NCBI RefSeq assembly: GCF_009914755.1
Contig: NC_060934.1
DNA length: 64,000 nt
Reading direction: 5' to 3' (one strand)
Source: the human T2T-CHM13v2.0 reference genome, Homo sapiens
Part shown: positions 1-12,959 of the stretch, piece by piece
Layout of the letters: every line of letters begins with the position of its first letter
How positions within the stretch are numbered: the first letter of the stretch is position 1
Notes under the pieces: generated by a model
What the model saw: the letters and a program-made list of their open reading frames with translations, nothing else
The model's database searches: none
Told to the model about the DNA's origin: nothing
Made by a program: the position numbers and the translations under genes

Positions 1-406
1 GTCCAACCTGAAAGAGGCTCTCTGAAGGGTCCTGGCCCATCGTAGCCAGAGACAGCTCAAAGAGAGACAGATATCCATGATTTATAGTGAGCTCAGCAAA
101 GACGGATGAAGAGAGACCATCCTTTGACCAAGTGGCCAGCAGGAATTTTGCGGAACATTTTGTTTTGTTTTGGAGCTCAGCAGTGCCTGAGTCTGTGCAG
201 TAGTCAGTAGGGACAGCTACAGCAGCTAGGGATAAAGAAGGTCCTTTAAGCCTGAGCGTAGTGGAACTGCTAGCAAGACAACTGGTGTGGTTCACAGGCC
301 AAGTCCAGCAATTGATGTCAGAATGATGAAAGAGGATTCATACGTGGCCACATTCAGATGTAATCTGTTCAGAGCTATCTGCTCGGAAGACACTGTCATG
401 CGCACT

Positions 407-820
407 GTGGAGTGCTGAGAAGAGCCTCCCTGATCCTCCATCAGGGGTGTGAGCAGGACTTACTCCCCAGCTGCTGGTGCTTAGCCCTCAGGTGTGAATC
501 CCTTCTGAAATTGCTTTAGTTGAGCTGCCTCACTCAGGGTCACATCGTTTCCAATGACTGACCGACCAACTTAGGGATACCAAGGTCTAGCCCTTTTGTC
601 CCAACTCAGAATAGCCCTGAAGTTATCTCATCTTCAGAACTCCCCACAATAGCAGCTAAGACCCCTGAGATGACCCTGAGGCTTGACCTCTCCCTCTGCC
701 CAATCCTGCTTCCTTTCCCTCCCTTCCATAGCTATATCTCCGACAGCACTCTCTAGTAGATGAGTTGTGTGCTAATCTCCAGGTCAGAATCTCCTTCCCT
801 GGGGCACTGTGACTCTCAAC
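407..820 (+). mobile_element. LTR16-family (ERVL) solo LTR
   Basis: Contains the LTR16-like blocks ccccagctgctgg, ctccctctgcccaatcctgcttcctttccctcccttcca and gctaatctcc...cagaatctccttccc. Confidence 0.7.
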
Positions 821-1482
821 TCATTGGCCATGGGCTGCTCTGCATTTCTTACTGGGTAGGTTGGGGCCATGTGACAGGGCTCTGGCCAATGGGAAGGGAA
901 CTTGCCTGTGGGATCATCCTGGGCTCTCCTCTTGTCATGGTGCCCTTGAGGGCAATATGTGTAAAGTGGTCCCATCAGCAGGGAGGAGAAAATAAGCCTT
1001 CACTCTGTTAAATCTCTGAGCTTTGGGTTTTGTTTTTGGTTTTATTTTCTTAACAAAGCCTAACTTATTCTGTCTTTTCTAATGCATCAGTCATGTTCAT
1101 TTAAATACTTTTCTAATTCCAGAGTGAGAAGCAATGAAAAGTTAGTATCTGAACATACTCTGAAATATTAGTTATTTTTCATATATATCTTCTTAGGTTT
1201 AACTGTTGGGGAAAAATAACAGTTCATCCCACATCACAGATTTGGTTATTTTCAATAATAATATCTCTAATGAATTCTTTTCTTGGGTTTGTAAGTTTTA
1301 GTTATTATGAGGATAACATTTCTAATGAATTTTTTCTTGTGTATTTATAAAGTCTCAGGTTAAATGAATCATTTGTGTATTTTAACACGTGAATCTGAAC
1401 AGAGTAGATCCAATTGAGAATTTCAGTCAGCATTCTGATGCCCTGAATAGAAAAGAGCCAATAAATATAAATGTAAATATGT

Positions 1483-1510
1483 ACACACACACACACACAC
1501 ACACACACAC
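1483..1510. repeat. (AC)14 microsatellite
   Basis: Perfect AC dinucleotide run. Confidence 0.95.
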
Positions 1511-1888
1511 TGATGGACTCTTAACTAACGCTAGTAAGTGTCTATTATATATACCGTGTTCCTGAAGTTCTGCTACAAGGTAAGGACTTCCTAGGTTTAG
1601 GGAGCTAATTGATCCATGAAAGAGGCAGACCATTTCCAAGCCTGCCATTGGGATGCAGTGTCGTGAGACACGCCAGGGTGCACAGGCAGCTGAAGGGAGG
1701 TGGTACTAAGCTTTGCCTGGGGAGGGCCAGAGAAGCCTCCACAGAAATGACTCTTAAGCTGCAAATTAGAGGGAACAGTCGGGGTTCACCAGGTTCATGA
1801 AGGAGGGAAAGGCATTCCAGGCAGAGATGTGCATAATAGCATAATGCATTCAGGACATGACAGGGCTGGCAAGGTGATGTTTGCCAGG

Positions 1889-2286
1889 TGCTATTGTTTG
1901 AATGTCCCCTTCAAAACTCATGTTGAAATTTAATTGCCATTGTGATGGTATCACAATGGGACCTTTAAAAGGTGATGAGGTCATGAAGGCTCTGCCCTCA
2001 TGAATAGACTAATGCCATTATCAAGAGAGTCGCTTAGTTAATGAGAGAGTGTGTTCGTGATAAAAGGATGAGTTTGGCCCAATTTCCTGTGTCATCTTGT
2101 GTGTACACTTCCTAGCCATGGGGTGCTTTCCACCATGTTATGATGGAACAAGAAAACCCTCACCAGATGTGGCTATTCAATCTTGGATTCCCAGCCTCCA
2201 GAAGTCTGGGCCAAACAAATCTCTTTTCTTTATAAATTACCCCAGTCTGTAGCATTCTGTTGTAGCAGTAGAAGAGGGAGTCACAC
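1889..2286 (+). mobile_element. MST-family (ERVL-MaLR) solo LTR
   Basis: Begins tgctattgtttgaatgtcccc...aaactcatgttgaaatttaattgcc and ends ttctttataaattaccccagtctgtagcattctgttgtagcag. Confidence 0.85.
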
Positions 2287-2654
2287 AGGAGGGTGGTGGT
2301 AGGAGACGAGCTTGGAGAGAAGGCACAAGCTGAGTTCTGGGTGGTAGGTCTGTATGCAGTGTCATGGGACTTGGACATTTCCACTTTATTTCGTTTACTT
2401 ATTGCCATTTTTATTCTGGCCTTTTAAATTGTTGCTCTTCTCTTATCCAATGCAGACACAGTTTATTTCTGAGACATATAGTTTGCGAAATCAGAAACTT
2501 TAGGCATCATCAAAATAAATTTCCCACATTGCATACCAGTAAAAATAAGATTGCAGTGACTCTGAGCTGCCAGCTGCCACATGGCAGGCACTTAGTCCTT
2601 GGCCCCTAAGGCAATTCTAAAGATCCCTATAAGATGCTTTCTTATGTGTATTAT

Positions 2655-2763
2655 TAAGACGACCAACTCATCCCAGCTTGTCCAGGACTTTCCTGGTTTT
2701 ACCACTGAATGTTCTGGGGTCCAAGAACCTCTCAGTCCAAAGCAAACCAGGTTGCTCATCCTA
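2655..2763. mobile_element. MER81-like hAT MITE
   Basis: gaccaactcatcccagcttgtccaggactttcctggttttaccactgaa...gcaaaccagg...ctcatccta matches the recalled MER81 consensus. Confidence 0.65.
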
Positions 2764-3008
2764 AGTGTGTTTGGAAACATGTCTGACCTGCTCACGTGTT
2801 TTTGCTCAGGGCCCCTCCTCAAGCTGCCAAGCCACTGCCTCAGCCAAACACCCCAGGGAGCTCTGATAACCTCCAGCAACTCTCCCTGGCCAATCTCTGT
2901 TAGGCAACAGATGCCACCCTTCTAGCTTTGGGGAAGGAGACATAGCCCTCCTACACTGAGTTCCAGACATGCTTACCTACCCCCTACATCAACTTTCCAG
3001 AGCTCCAC

Positions 3009-5318
3009 TGTATTAGTCTGTTCTCACATTGCTAATAAAGACATACCCAAGACTGGGTAATGTATAAAGAAAAAGAGATTTAATGGACTCACAGTTTCAC
3101 ATGGCTGGGGAGGCCTCACAATCATGGCAGAAGGTGATGGAGGAGCAAAGGCACATCTTATATGATGGCAGTCAAAAGTGTGTGTGCAGGGGAATTGCCC
3201 TTTATAAAACCATCAGATCTCATAAGACTTATTCACTACCATGAGAACAGCACAGGAAAATCCGCCCCCATGATTCAATTACTTCCCACCAGGTTCCTCC
3301 TACAACATGTGGGGATTATAGGAGCTACAATTCAAGATGAGATTTTGGTGGGGAGACAGCCAAACCATATCATTCCACCCCTGGCTCCTCCAAAATCTCA
3401 TGTGCTCACATTTCAAAACCAACCATGCCTTCCCAATAGTCTTCCAAAGTCTTAACTCATGTCACCATTAACTCAAAAGTCCACAGTCCAAAGTCTCATC
3501 TAAGAAAAGGCAAATCCCTTCTGCCTACGAGCCTGTAAAATCAAAAGCAAGTTAGTTACTTCCTAGATACAATGGGGTACAGGCATTGGGTAAATACCCC
3601 CATTCCAAATGGGAGAAATTGACAAAAACAAAGGGGCTATAGGCCCCATGCAAGTCCAAAATCCAGTGGGGCAGCCAAATCTTAAATCTCGGAAATTATC
3701 TCCTTTGACTTCATGTCTCACATCCAGGTCACGCTGATGAAAGAGGTGGGCTCCCATGATCTTGGGCAGCTCTGTTCCTGTGGCTTTGCAGGGTACAGCC
3801 CCGCTCCTGGCTGCTTTTATGAGCTAGCATTGAGTGTCTATAGCTTTTCCAGGCTCACAGTGTAAGCTGTCAGTGGATCCGCCATTCTAGGGTCTGGAGG
3901 ACAGTGGTCCTCTTCTCATAGCTCCACTAGGCAGTGCCCCAGTGGGGACTCTGGGTGGGGGCTCCAACCCCACATTTCCCTTCTGCACTGCCCTAGCAGA
4001 GGTTCTCCATCAGGGCTCTGCCCCTGTAGCACACCTCTGCCTGGACATCCAGGTGTTTCTATACATCCTCTGAAATCTAGGCAGAGGTTCCCAAACCTCA
4101 ACTCTTGTCATTTGCACACCCACAGGACAAGCTCCACATGAAAGCTGCCAAGGCTTGGGGCTTGCACCCTTTGAAGCCATGGCCCGAGCTGTACCTTGGC
4201 CTCTTTCAGCCATGGCTGGAGCAGCTAGGACACAGAGCACCAAGACCCTTGACTGCACACAGCAGAAGGGCCCTGGGCCCAGCCCACAAAACCATTTTTT
4301 CTGATTAGGCCTCCAGGCCTGTGATGGGAGGGGCTGCCATGAAGTTCTCTGACATGCCCTGGATACATTTTCCCCTGTCTTAGCGAATAGCATTTGGCTC
4401 CTTGTTACTTCTGCAAATTTCTGTAGCTAGCTTGAATTTCTCCCTAGAAAATGGTTTTTTCTTTTCTACTGCATCATCAGGCTGCAAAATTTTCGAACTT
4501 TTATGCCCTGCCACCTCTTGAATGCTTTGTTGCTTAGAAATTTCTTCCACCAGATACCCCACGTTATCTCTCTGAAGTTCAAAGTTCCACAGATCTCTAG
4601 GGCAGGGGCAAAATGCCACCAGTCTCTTTGCATAGCAAGAACGACCTTTACTCCAGTTCCCAACAAGCTCCTCATCTCCATCTGAGACCACCTCAGCCCA
4701 GACTTTATTGTCCCTATCACTGTCAGCATTTTGGTCAAAGCCATTCAACAAGTCCCTAGGAAGTTCCAAACTTTCCCACATCTTCCTATCTTCTGAGCCC
4801 TCCAAGTCTCTAGGAAATTCCAAACATTCCCACATTTTTCTACCTTCTTCTGAGCCCCAACTGTTCCAACCTCTGCCCATTACCCAGTTCCAAAGTTGCT
4901 TCCACATTTTTGGGTATCTTTACAGCAGCTCCCCACTTTCTGCAGCACCAATTTATTGTATTAGTCTGTTCTCACACTGCTAATAAAATACCCAAGACTG
5001 GGTAATTTATAAAGAAAAGGAGGTTTAATGGACTCACAGTCCCACATGGCTGGGGAGGCCTCACAATCATGGCAGAAGTTGAATGAGGAGCAAAGTCACG
5101 TCTGACATGGCAGCAGGCAAGAGAGCATGTGCAGGGGAACTCCCCTTTGTAAAACCATCAGATCTTATGAGACTTATTCACTATCATGAGAACAGCACGA
5201 GAAAACTCACCCCCATGATTCAATTACCTCCCACCTAGTTCCTCTCACAACATGTGGGGATTATGGGAGCTATAATTCAAGATAGAGATTTGCATGGGGA
5301 CACAGCCGAACCATATCA
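3009..5318 (-). mobile_element. Complete THE1C (ERVL-MaLR) provirus: 3' LTR 3009-3372, internal 3373-4956, 5' LTR 4957-5318
   Basis: Two ~362-bp direct repeats (tgtattagtc...ccatatca). A polypurine tract abuts the LTR at 3373 on the minus strand. CCAC is duplicated at both flanks (3005-3008, 5319-5322). Broken MaLR ORF remnants at 4380-4907 and 4010-4393. Confidence 0.93.
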
Positions 5319-5574
5319 CCACCAGACAATTAACAAAACTTCTTCAAAGGCTTATGGATAATGGAAGGAAAGCTCAGCCTCAAAGGTAATTTCAACTTTT
5401 GGCAAAGCAGCTACCTGAAACACACCTACCAGAGCCATTCTCAGTAGCAGGTCCAGCTCCACATGAGAGTCCAGCACATGTCTGCCACCAGAAAGTTTGG
5501 GCCCAGCTGTCAAATGGCTTTGAGAGAGAAAAGACTTCTCTGTCCCTCTAGTTTCAGGCTGGCTTCCCAGAGAG

Positions 5575-6050
5575 GTAGAAACTACTACTGCTGCCTGGCA
5601 TTCATTCCCCCGCTTTCTTAGTAAAAAGCACCCTGATTTACTTAGGAGGGTAAAGTGCCCAGATAACAGGCTTCATTTCTCAATTCCTCAGCCAGCTGTG
5701 GAAGTGTTTGGGGGAATGTCAGAAAAGCTATTTAAAGGGAGAATCAGTGAGGAGGTCTCACTCCAATACACATACACTCACACATGCTATTAATTTTTCC
5801 TCTTTCATCTTTCTTCCTTCTAGGCTTCAATGTGGATATGATGGCTGGAGCTCCAGCAGCCATCCTGTGACCCTGAGAACAAGCCATTCATTGAGGCTAA
5901 TGAAGCAGGAAGAAGGAATCCTGAGTCCTTGGGAAACAAGGATCTACCTGAATAGCTCCGAATGCCTACTTCTAGATGTCCTTTTAGAAAGAGAAGCACA
6001 CCCTTGTGTATTTCAGCCACTGCTATTTAAGGTTTAACCTAATCATGATA
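5575..6050 (+). mobile_element. Old MLT1 (J/K-like) solo LTR
   Basis: Typical core atgtggatatgatggctggagctccagcagccatcctgtgacc and 3' end ttcagccactgctattt. Confidence 0.7.
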
Positions 6051-6117
6051 TAATTGGTTTTTCTTGGAATGATTCAGTGGTAATTTTTTCTTCCATAAGA
6101 AGCAATCCCAACCCCTA

Positions 6118-6132
6118 CCACTAGGGGGTGGC
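6118..6132 (+). promoter_or_regulatory. Candidate CTCF motif
   Basis: CCACTAGGGGGTGGC is close to the CTCF core CCASYAGRKGGCR. Motif match only. Confidence 0.35.
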
Positions 6133-7228
6133 CTTGCCCTGTAGGCCTCAACATGACAATTACATCACTGCATATCAGAGTCCAACATCAGTGCATTCTG
6201 TGTAATTCAGTCTCAAATAACAACGTGCATGTGACAGCAGTGGTCCAGTCTGAGCTAAGCTGTGCCAAACTCCATCCAGTTCCTTTAGCATGAGATTTGG
6301 ATCTCATGCTTTTCTTCTCTTTTCTATATCCAATTCTTCAGCTTGGACCCAAAAAAGCAAGCCCCAGGACCAAAAAAGTATGCAGAGAAGCAGCTCTGAC
6401 TCTAGCAAACACACAGTTTGTATTTCCAAACAGAACAATGAGCTTCTAGTCTGAACAACATCCCATTTGATGGTAACTTGATACTTTCCTCTTTTTGTTT
6501 TTCCAGCAAGAAGCAATGGGTAGGTACTTGCTTTACATTTGTGAAAAGATACCTGGCTGGTGGGTCTGATAAAGAGAGACTCTACCCTGGCAGGATTATT
6601 GATATCTCTACCTCCTACAAGATGGAAAATCACTTGCAGCATTTAAGTGACTGTTTTTCCAGTTTATGCTGATCAAAGTTTCAAAAATCTCTAGGCAGAG
6701 TTTTAGTCACTAATAATCTGAAGTGAAGGGAATAATTTATCTAATTATTGCTCAGGCTAAAAGCAAGCTGCTGTCTCAAAATGAAAGTACAGTGCTAGTT
6801 CTATAAATACCCACTCACAACTAACCAACAAAGGAGTTTGTGGTGTGAGAAGTGGAACTTTTGATAGTTTCAGATTGCATTGCTTTGGTGTCATCTGTGC
6901 TCTCCTTGTCTACCTCCATTTACATCGTGATGCTGTATAGTTAAGACTTGGGCAGAGGGAGGAAAGGGGTTCATGGGGAGCTAGTAATCCTGCATTTTTC
7001 CTCAATTTTCTTACTAGACTGCCATATTAGATAAGAACAAAAAATGTGCCTATTGAATAGTCTAACCAAAGAACTTAAGAAAGAATCACTTTTTTTCCTC
7101 CATTTCGGTAAAGACCGTGCCGAAAGTTTTCATATGTAATAAAACCAGTGATCACCAGTTAATCTCAACCTAAGAGAAAGAACCAAAATGAACCACTCAC
7201 AAGAATAGAAACAGGCATCCCTTGGGAG

Positions 7229-7372
7229 TAGGGTTTAACAAATGAAAATACAGGACACTCTGTAATTTGATTTTTCTGCAATATTTGGGACGCGCTTATA
7301 TGAAAAAATTATTTGATATTTATTCAAAATTCAAATTTAATGGTATGTCCAGGATTTTATCTGGCAACCCTA
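7229..7372. mobile_element. MER53 hAT MITE, internally deleted
   Basis: Terminal inverted repeats tagggtt / aacccta; internal aaaatacaggac and gcaatatttgggac; 8-bp TSD cttgggag (7221-7228) / cttggggg (7373-7380). Confidence 0.85.
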
Positions 7373-8368
7373 CTTGGGGGTAAAGAATCTGTTCCTTCCT
7401 TGTGGGGGATGGGAAGAACAGTACAAAATGAGCAGATTCTGAAATATATCAAGGAAACTGTCACTGGAAAAGTCACTGATTAAAAACAAAACACCCACAA
7501 ACCACTAGGCCCTGTGCACAGGTTCCTCCAAGAAGCTAAGTCTTCTTGTTTTTTATCTTTTGTATCTTCACAGAGTCTAGATGCCCTCCTGCTCTGGGTA
7601 TATTGAGAGCTCAGTGAGGAGTGCTGACCAACTGGATAGTCAATGACCACTGAGGAGGAGGTGGCTATGCAAGCCCCAGATCTCTGGGATCATGTGTTCT
7701 GTACTTTCAGATGTGCATCTGCAAAGGCCTGGAGTGCCAAGTGTCCTCTCCTTAGAGAGGCAAGGCAACAGCAAGGCAATCAGTTGTTACCCCAATGTCC
7801 AGCCTCCCCTATTGTCTTTCAGAGGGCATTTTGTCCAAACTATGGGGTAAGAAAAGGGTTTGGTTTTACACTTTTAGCCAGAGTTTACCCTCCGGGAATA
7901 CTCCTTCTACCACATCTGCCAGGGATCTATTTTCCAAAGGTACTGGTTGGTCACTCAGAATCCACTGGGTGCAGACACGCAAAGATGTGCAACTTCTCCT
8001 CTGTATCAAATAAGGATACAGGTGGGCAGTGCTCCATTTTTCTGCCTTTTCACTCTCCACACTAGGCTTTGTAGACATGGACACATGAAAGCACAGAACA
8101 GTAAGTCAATGTCAGAGGGAATTATAGGTAAGGACCCCCACCTTCATTCCAATTCTCTTCTGACATTGACCATGCCATTCCGTAAGGCTAGAGGTCTCAC
8201 TTACTTTTAACTTTCTTGAGTTTTCACAGTATGGGTACCTGAAAACTTAGACTCCTCTCCTCAGTGAGTTCCTCTCCCTGGTTCTCTCCCACTCCTGACT
8301 TGGTTTACTTTGAGCCCCCTCCCCAATCACCTTAAGTATTGTCTAAATTTTTGTCCACCTCCCCACCC

Positions 8369-8698
8369 TTTTTTTTTCTTTTCTTTTTCTTTCTTTCTTT
8401 TTCTTTTCTTTTTTTTTTTTTTTTCAAGACAGGCTCTCACTCTGTTGCCCAGGCTGGAGTGGAGTGACACAATTATAGCTCACTGCAGCCTTGCTCTCCC
8501 AGGCTAAAGCAATGCTCCTGCCTCAGCCTCCCACATAGCTGGGACTACAGGTACTTGCCACCATGCTGAGCTAATTTTTTAATTTTTTCGTAGAGCCAAG
8601 GTCTCGCTATGCTGCCCAGGCTGAATTCGAACTCCTCATTCTCCTACCTTGGCCTCCCAAAGTGCTGGGATTACAGGCGAAAGCCACAGCACCTGGAC
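8369..8698 (-). mobile_element. AluJ
   Basis: T-rich tail, dimeric body, J-type atagctcactgcagcc; probable TSD ctcccca. Confidence 0.9.
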
Positions 8699-9494
8699 TC
8701 CCCATTCTTACCTACATGGAGAAGTCTTATTCTTTGGATTCATCCTTCTTCCCCATGCAAGGCCTCAAGTTTGCTTTCAGTCTGAAATAGCGCTGCTGGG
8801 TGATCAGAAATGCCCATTGCCACCCAAATCTTTTTGTTTTGTTTTGTTTTTTAATACCATCACCATGGATAGATGTGGCTCCTTTGGGCCACAATTCCAT
8901 TTAATTTCAAGCTGCAGGCATAGCAGCCCTTTTAGTCACGGACCTGCTAAATTAGGCACATGGACTGTCTCAGGGAGAGTGTGGTCTGAATTCACATTGA
9001 GAGACACCTGTTTTCTCCCTGGCAAGACAACTAAGCCCTCTGGTTCCACCTGGGGCAACCCATTAACAAATGCTCCCTAGAAAGACCAGGAAGAACTCAT
9101 TTAACTCAAACTGGTTTAATTTAGGTTCAGAGTGTCTGCTTCTGTGGGAAAGGGAAAGGGAGTGAGGACTGATTGGCAGTTCTTCCCACACACAGCTCAA
9201 CAGCAAATGTTCATGGAGTCCTTAATTCTCTTAAGAGTAGCCTCAGAGATGTTGACTCTCTCTAAATTATGATGTTGCTTTTACAGCTGGGTTATTATAA
9301 GATTAGTGTAAGTTTGGTCACTTACACTTCATCTTACTATTCCTTCCTCACCTTATTTTTTATGAGAGCTCATAGGATCCCATTCTCCCACCTTCTGTTT
9401 CTCTTTTTTCCTTCTATGGCTCCTCATCTCTAACCCCTGTGTTCCCCACATACCACCAGCTCCTCCCATGGATCTGGTTTTCTTGGACTTCCTG

Positions 9495-10022
9495 ATCTTG
9501 GCACAGACTTTCCCTTCAGGCTAGAACAGCCTTCTCTCACCTTCCTGCATCTGACCTACTCACCCTTCCAGACTGAGTAAATGTTACTTCCCTATTTAGA
9601 CCATGCAGACCCGGGTGGCAGGGCTTCTCACACTTCAGTATGCATGAGAATCACCTGGAGAGCTTTTTCAACTATAAATTCCCTCTTCCCATCTCTGTCC
9701 CCTTCACCAAATTGTGATTTAGTAGGTCTGGGATGGGGCCCAAGAATTTGCATTTAAACAGCCTCCAAGGTATTCTCAATAGTGCTGGTCTGCAGGCCAC
9801 ACTTTGGGTACCACTGCCCCAGACTGAATTAAATCTCCCAGCTCTATGATCCCGGAGCTCCCTGTATTACTCCATCAAAACATATTATTGTTAATATTCC
9901 TATAATGTCTTTCCTCCCTGATAGGCTGAAAACACAGTGAAAGCAGGCCGTGTCCATTTTATTTGCTGCTGAATCCTCATCAATTAACACAAGGCCTGTC
10001 ACACAGGATGTGCTTAATAAAT
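9495..10022 (+). mobile_element. L2 3' fragment interrupted by MER5A
   Basis: L2 3'-end motifs (gcaggccgtgtcc...aacacaaggcctgtcacacaggatgtgcttaataaat) on both sides of the MER5A. Confidence 0.6.
9619..9816. mobile_element. MER5A hAT-Charlie MITE
   Basis: agaatcacctggagagcttt...agtaggtctgggatggggcccaagaatttgcatt...ccacactttgggtaccactg. Confidence 0.85.
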
Positions 10023-10379
10023 CCAGGATTTATAAAAAAGGAAGTAGAAGAAAGGGGAATCTTTCCATGCTGAGAATCTTCAACATGTGAGCACGTTGCT
10101 TGGAAGTCAGTTCCCAAAAAGGAATCCAGAATGTATTGATGGTGGCCTTTGGAAGAAGGGTCTAGACAACCCCAGTGGTAATTTGCAATGTCATTATTTG
10201 CATTATATCTGTTATCTTTCTGGGGTGGGGTTGGGGGAATCTATGAGGCAATATTTTCAGTTATATCTAATAAAATAGCTTTGCAAATATCTACTCAACC
10301 AGGATGATGAATATATCCGAGTAATTAGCCAGGAGAATTCACCCCCTTTCCATTCCAGGCACTCCTTGCAGGGAATTCA

Positions 10380-10880
10380 TGGCTGTGGAATAATACATGG
10401 GCAGAGCGGAGGCTCTGGAGTTAGACCCAGAAGGCCAGCTATACCATTTCCCAGCTCTGGGGCTCTGGCCAAGGTAACTTAACTGTCCAAAGCCTCAGTT
10501 TCCACTCATTTGTGAATGAGGATAAAATGGTACCCATGGACAGGCAGTAGGGTGTAATAGTTTAGAGCACAGACTGCCTATGTTTGAATCCTGGCTCCTC
10601 CACTTACCAGCTGCGCGACCTTGGGAAAGTTATTTAACCGCCATATGCCTCAATTTCTTCTTCTGTAGTCATTTCTTCAAAAATGATTGTATTAAATTGA
10701 ACTACTTTAAACTGCTATTTTGTAGGTCAAAAACAGTCGAATGTCAGTGATTTCAAATGATTCAAACTAACACCTACCTTACAGGCTTATAAAGAGAAGC
10801 AAGTGCATGAGTCAAGTTTAAGTCAACAGGCTTAAAATGATGACTGTTACATATTAAGCACCGTAAAAGAGTCAGCTCTT
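10380..10880 (+). mobile_element. Two adjacent MIR SINEs (the second split by MADE2)
   Basis: MIR cores gcctcagtttcc and tttgaatcctggctcctccacttaccagctgcgcgaccttgggaaagttatttaac. Confidence 0.75.
10692..10770. mobile_element. MADE2 mariner-derived MITE
   Basis: ~80-bp quasi-palindrome ttaaattgaac...ttttgtaggtcaaaaacagtc...gattcaaactaa after a TA. Confidence 0.7.
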
Positions 10881-11228
10881 ATTGCATAGCTGAGTTTGTT
10901 GGGGAATAAAATGAATATGATAATGTGATAAACACTTGGCAGAGGAGGATTGTAAACATTCAATAAAATGCTACTTGTTCTTTTTTGTACTTATGTAACC
11001 CCTTCTTAAGAATATCTGACTTTAAAATTACTAATGTTTTCAAATGGTTGTTTTTGCACTGCCCTCAAGTCCTCCAGCCCCTGAGCACATATAAACTTAT
11101 TACCATGAATTTCAGAAGGAGAGTGGGTGAAGCTATGAAGAGAAGGGACAGCTCAGGACAATGGACCTCGGAGAGATAGAAGCCCAGGACAAGGGTACTC
11201 TACAGTTAGCCTCTTGCCTCCCCAAATA

Positions 11229-11305
11229 TTAGGTTGAAACATATGAAACTCATTTATATAGGCCAAAATGGAAAAATATTCACAATTTCATATGACTAAA
11301 CGTAC
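11229..11305. mobile_element. MADE2 mariner-derived MITE
   Basis: ttaggttgaaacatatgaaa...caatttcatatga inverted termini. Confidence 0.7.
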
Positions 11306-11469
11306 TAGATTCCCCTAGCCAGCCTGGATTTCTTTCATATTCTTGACAGTCTATCAGTTAATACCATGTCTTTTTTTTCCTTTACATTTTAACATTTTTG
11401 GCATTGGGATGTATCCTACAATCATGTGTGTCTTTAATATGGTTGAATTTCTTTCCCTTTCTCCTTCTG

Positions 11470-11705
11470 AGCAACTAGGTTCTGGTAATCTCACTTTTTG
11501 TCTAGTGTCCTCAGGGTGGTAGCTGCTTTACCTCAGCCCTGGGGGAAATAACTTCTTCCAACAAGTATTAATAACCAGTTGCTTCAACTTCCTGTTTTGC
11601 TCTTCCAGCCTTCCAACATCTGTGAAAAAATTCCCTGTATTAAATCCCCTCTGTTTGAAATACCTAGCAGGATTTCTATTTCTTGACTATGCTGACTATT
11701 GCATA
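11470..11705 (+). mobile_element. LTR33-like (ERVL) LTR 3' part
   Basis: ccagccttccaaca...ttccctgtattaaatcccctctgtttgaaatacctag. Confidence 0.6.
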
Positions 11706-11809
11706 TATTAATTTTAAAAGAATCTCTTCAAATGGCAAATGAGAGAGTTAAGCATTCACATAGTTGCGTAAATTGTATATATCAGATTTCTTTCACTTTA
11801 TCATGATGT

Positions 11810-12380
11810 TTTACTCATCAGACATTTATTGAACATCTAGTTTATGCCATAGCCTATGCACCCATCATTGGTAAAAAGGTGAAAAAGACAATTTTTGTCC
11901 CAGAGGAGCTTAGAGTGGGGGTAGAGCTGGGACTACAGCAGAGACAGAGATCACAGCATGATAAGTGCCATGGGAGGACATGAAGAGCACTTAGCCTAGT
12001 CCAGTCCAAGGCAAAAGAACTCAGAGAGGCCTCCTTCAATCTGTCTGTCCTGCATGTACAGCCATGGAGGAGAAGGAAAAGGCAGGAAAGACCTTCTAGG
12101 CAGAGCAAGGAGCAAATGCTAAGGCTCAGACTTAGAGAGTAGGGTTTGCTTCAGGGCATTGAAATGTTTCAGTATAGTTGGAGAAAAGTTGGAGGATGAC
12201 AACAACTGAAGCTGGAATGGTAGGTAAAGGAACAGATCATGAAGGATGATGTACACCATGATGAGGAACTATGTAAGACTATGTCTTTACATCGGGGTCA
12301 GTGGAAAACAATTGAAATTAGTGGCTTGATCAGGTTTACAGTTAGGAAGATACTGCTCACTGAAAAAAGAGGACAACGTA
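11810..12380 (-). mobile_element. L2 fragment
   Basis: cagacatttattgaacatct... (reverse L2 3' end) followed by a degenerate purine-rich L2 body. Confidence 0.6.
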
Positions 12381-12429
12381 CTTTCTAGAAGCTACCAAAT
12401 GACTAACTGCCTAGTCATAGGGGTTAAGG

Positions 12430-12936
12430 CAGCAGTTCCCAACCTTTCTGTCACCAGAGACCAGTTTCATGAAAGACAATTTTCACGGGTGGGGGATGGT
12501 TTCGGGATGATTCAAGCACATTACATTTATTGTGCACTTTGTTTCTATTATTATTACATTATAATATATAATGAAATAATTATACAACTCACCATAACGT
12601 AGAATCAGTGGGAGCCCTGAGCTTGTTTTCCTGCAACTCAGCGGTCCCATCTGGGGGTGATGGAAGACAGTGACAGGTCATCAGGCATTAGATTCTCACA
12701 AGGTAGTGTGCAACCTAAATCCCTCTCATACACAGTTGACAATAGGGTTTGTGCTCCTATAAGAATCTAATGCTACCTCTGATCTGACAGGAGGTGAAGC
12801 TCAGGTGGTGCGAGCAATGAGGAGTGGCTGTAAATACAGATGAAGCTCACCTGCCACTCACCTCCTGCTGTGTGGCCCAGTTCCTAACAGGTCACGGACC
12901 AGTACTGGTCTGTGGCCTGGGGGTTGGGGACCCCTG
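12430..12936. mobile_element. MER1A hAT-Charlie element
   Basis: Inverted termini cagcagttcccaacc / ggttggggacccctg; 507 bp; 8-bp TSD ggttaagg (12422-12429) / agttaagg (12937-12944). Confidence 0.9.
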
Positions 12937-12959
12937 AGTTAAGGTGTTAATGGCTTCTT

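Noticed and set aside
4750-4860. ~54-bp tandem duplication in the THE1 internal region
   Set aside because: The copies are diverged and I recall similar duplications in THE1 internal consensus sequences, so it is probably inherited rather than locus-specific.
4010-4907. MaLR internal ORFs as a coding gene
   Set aside because: Frameshifted remnants typical of THE1 internal sequence.
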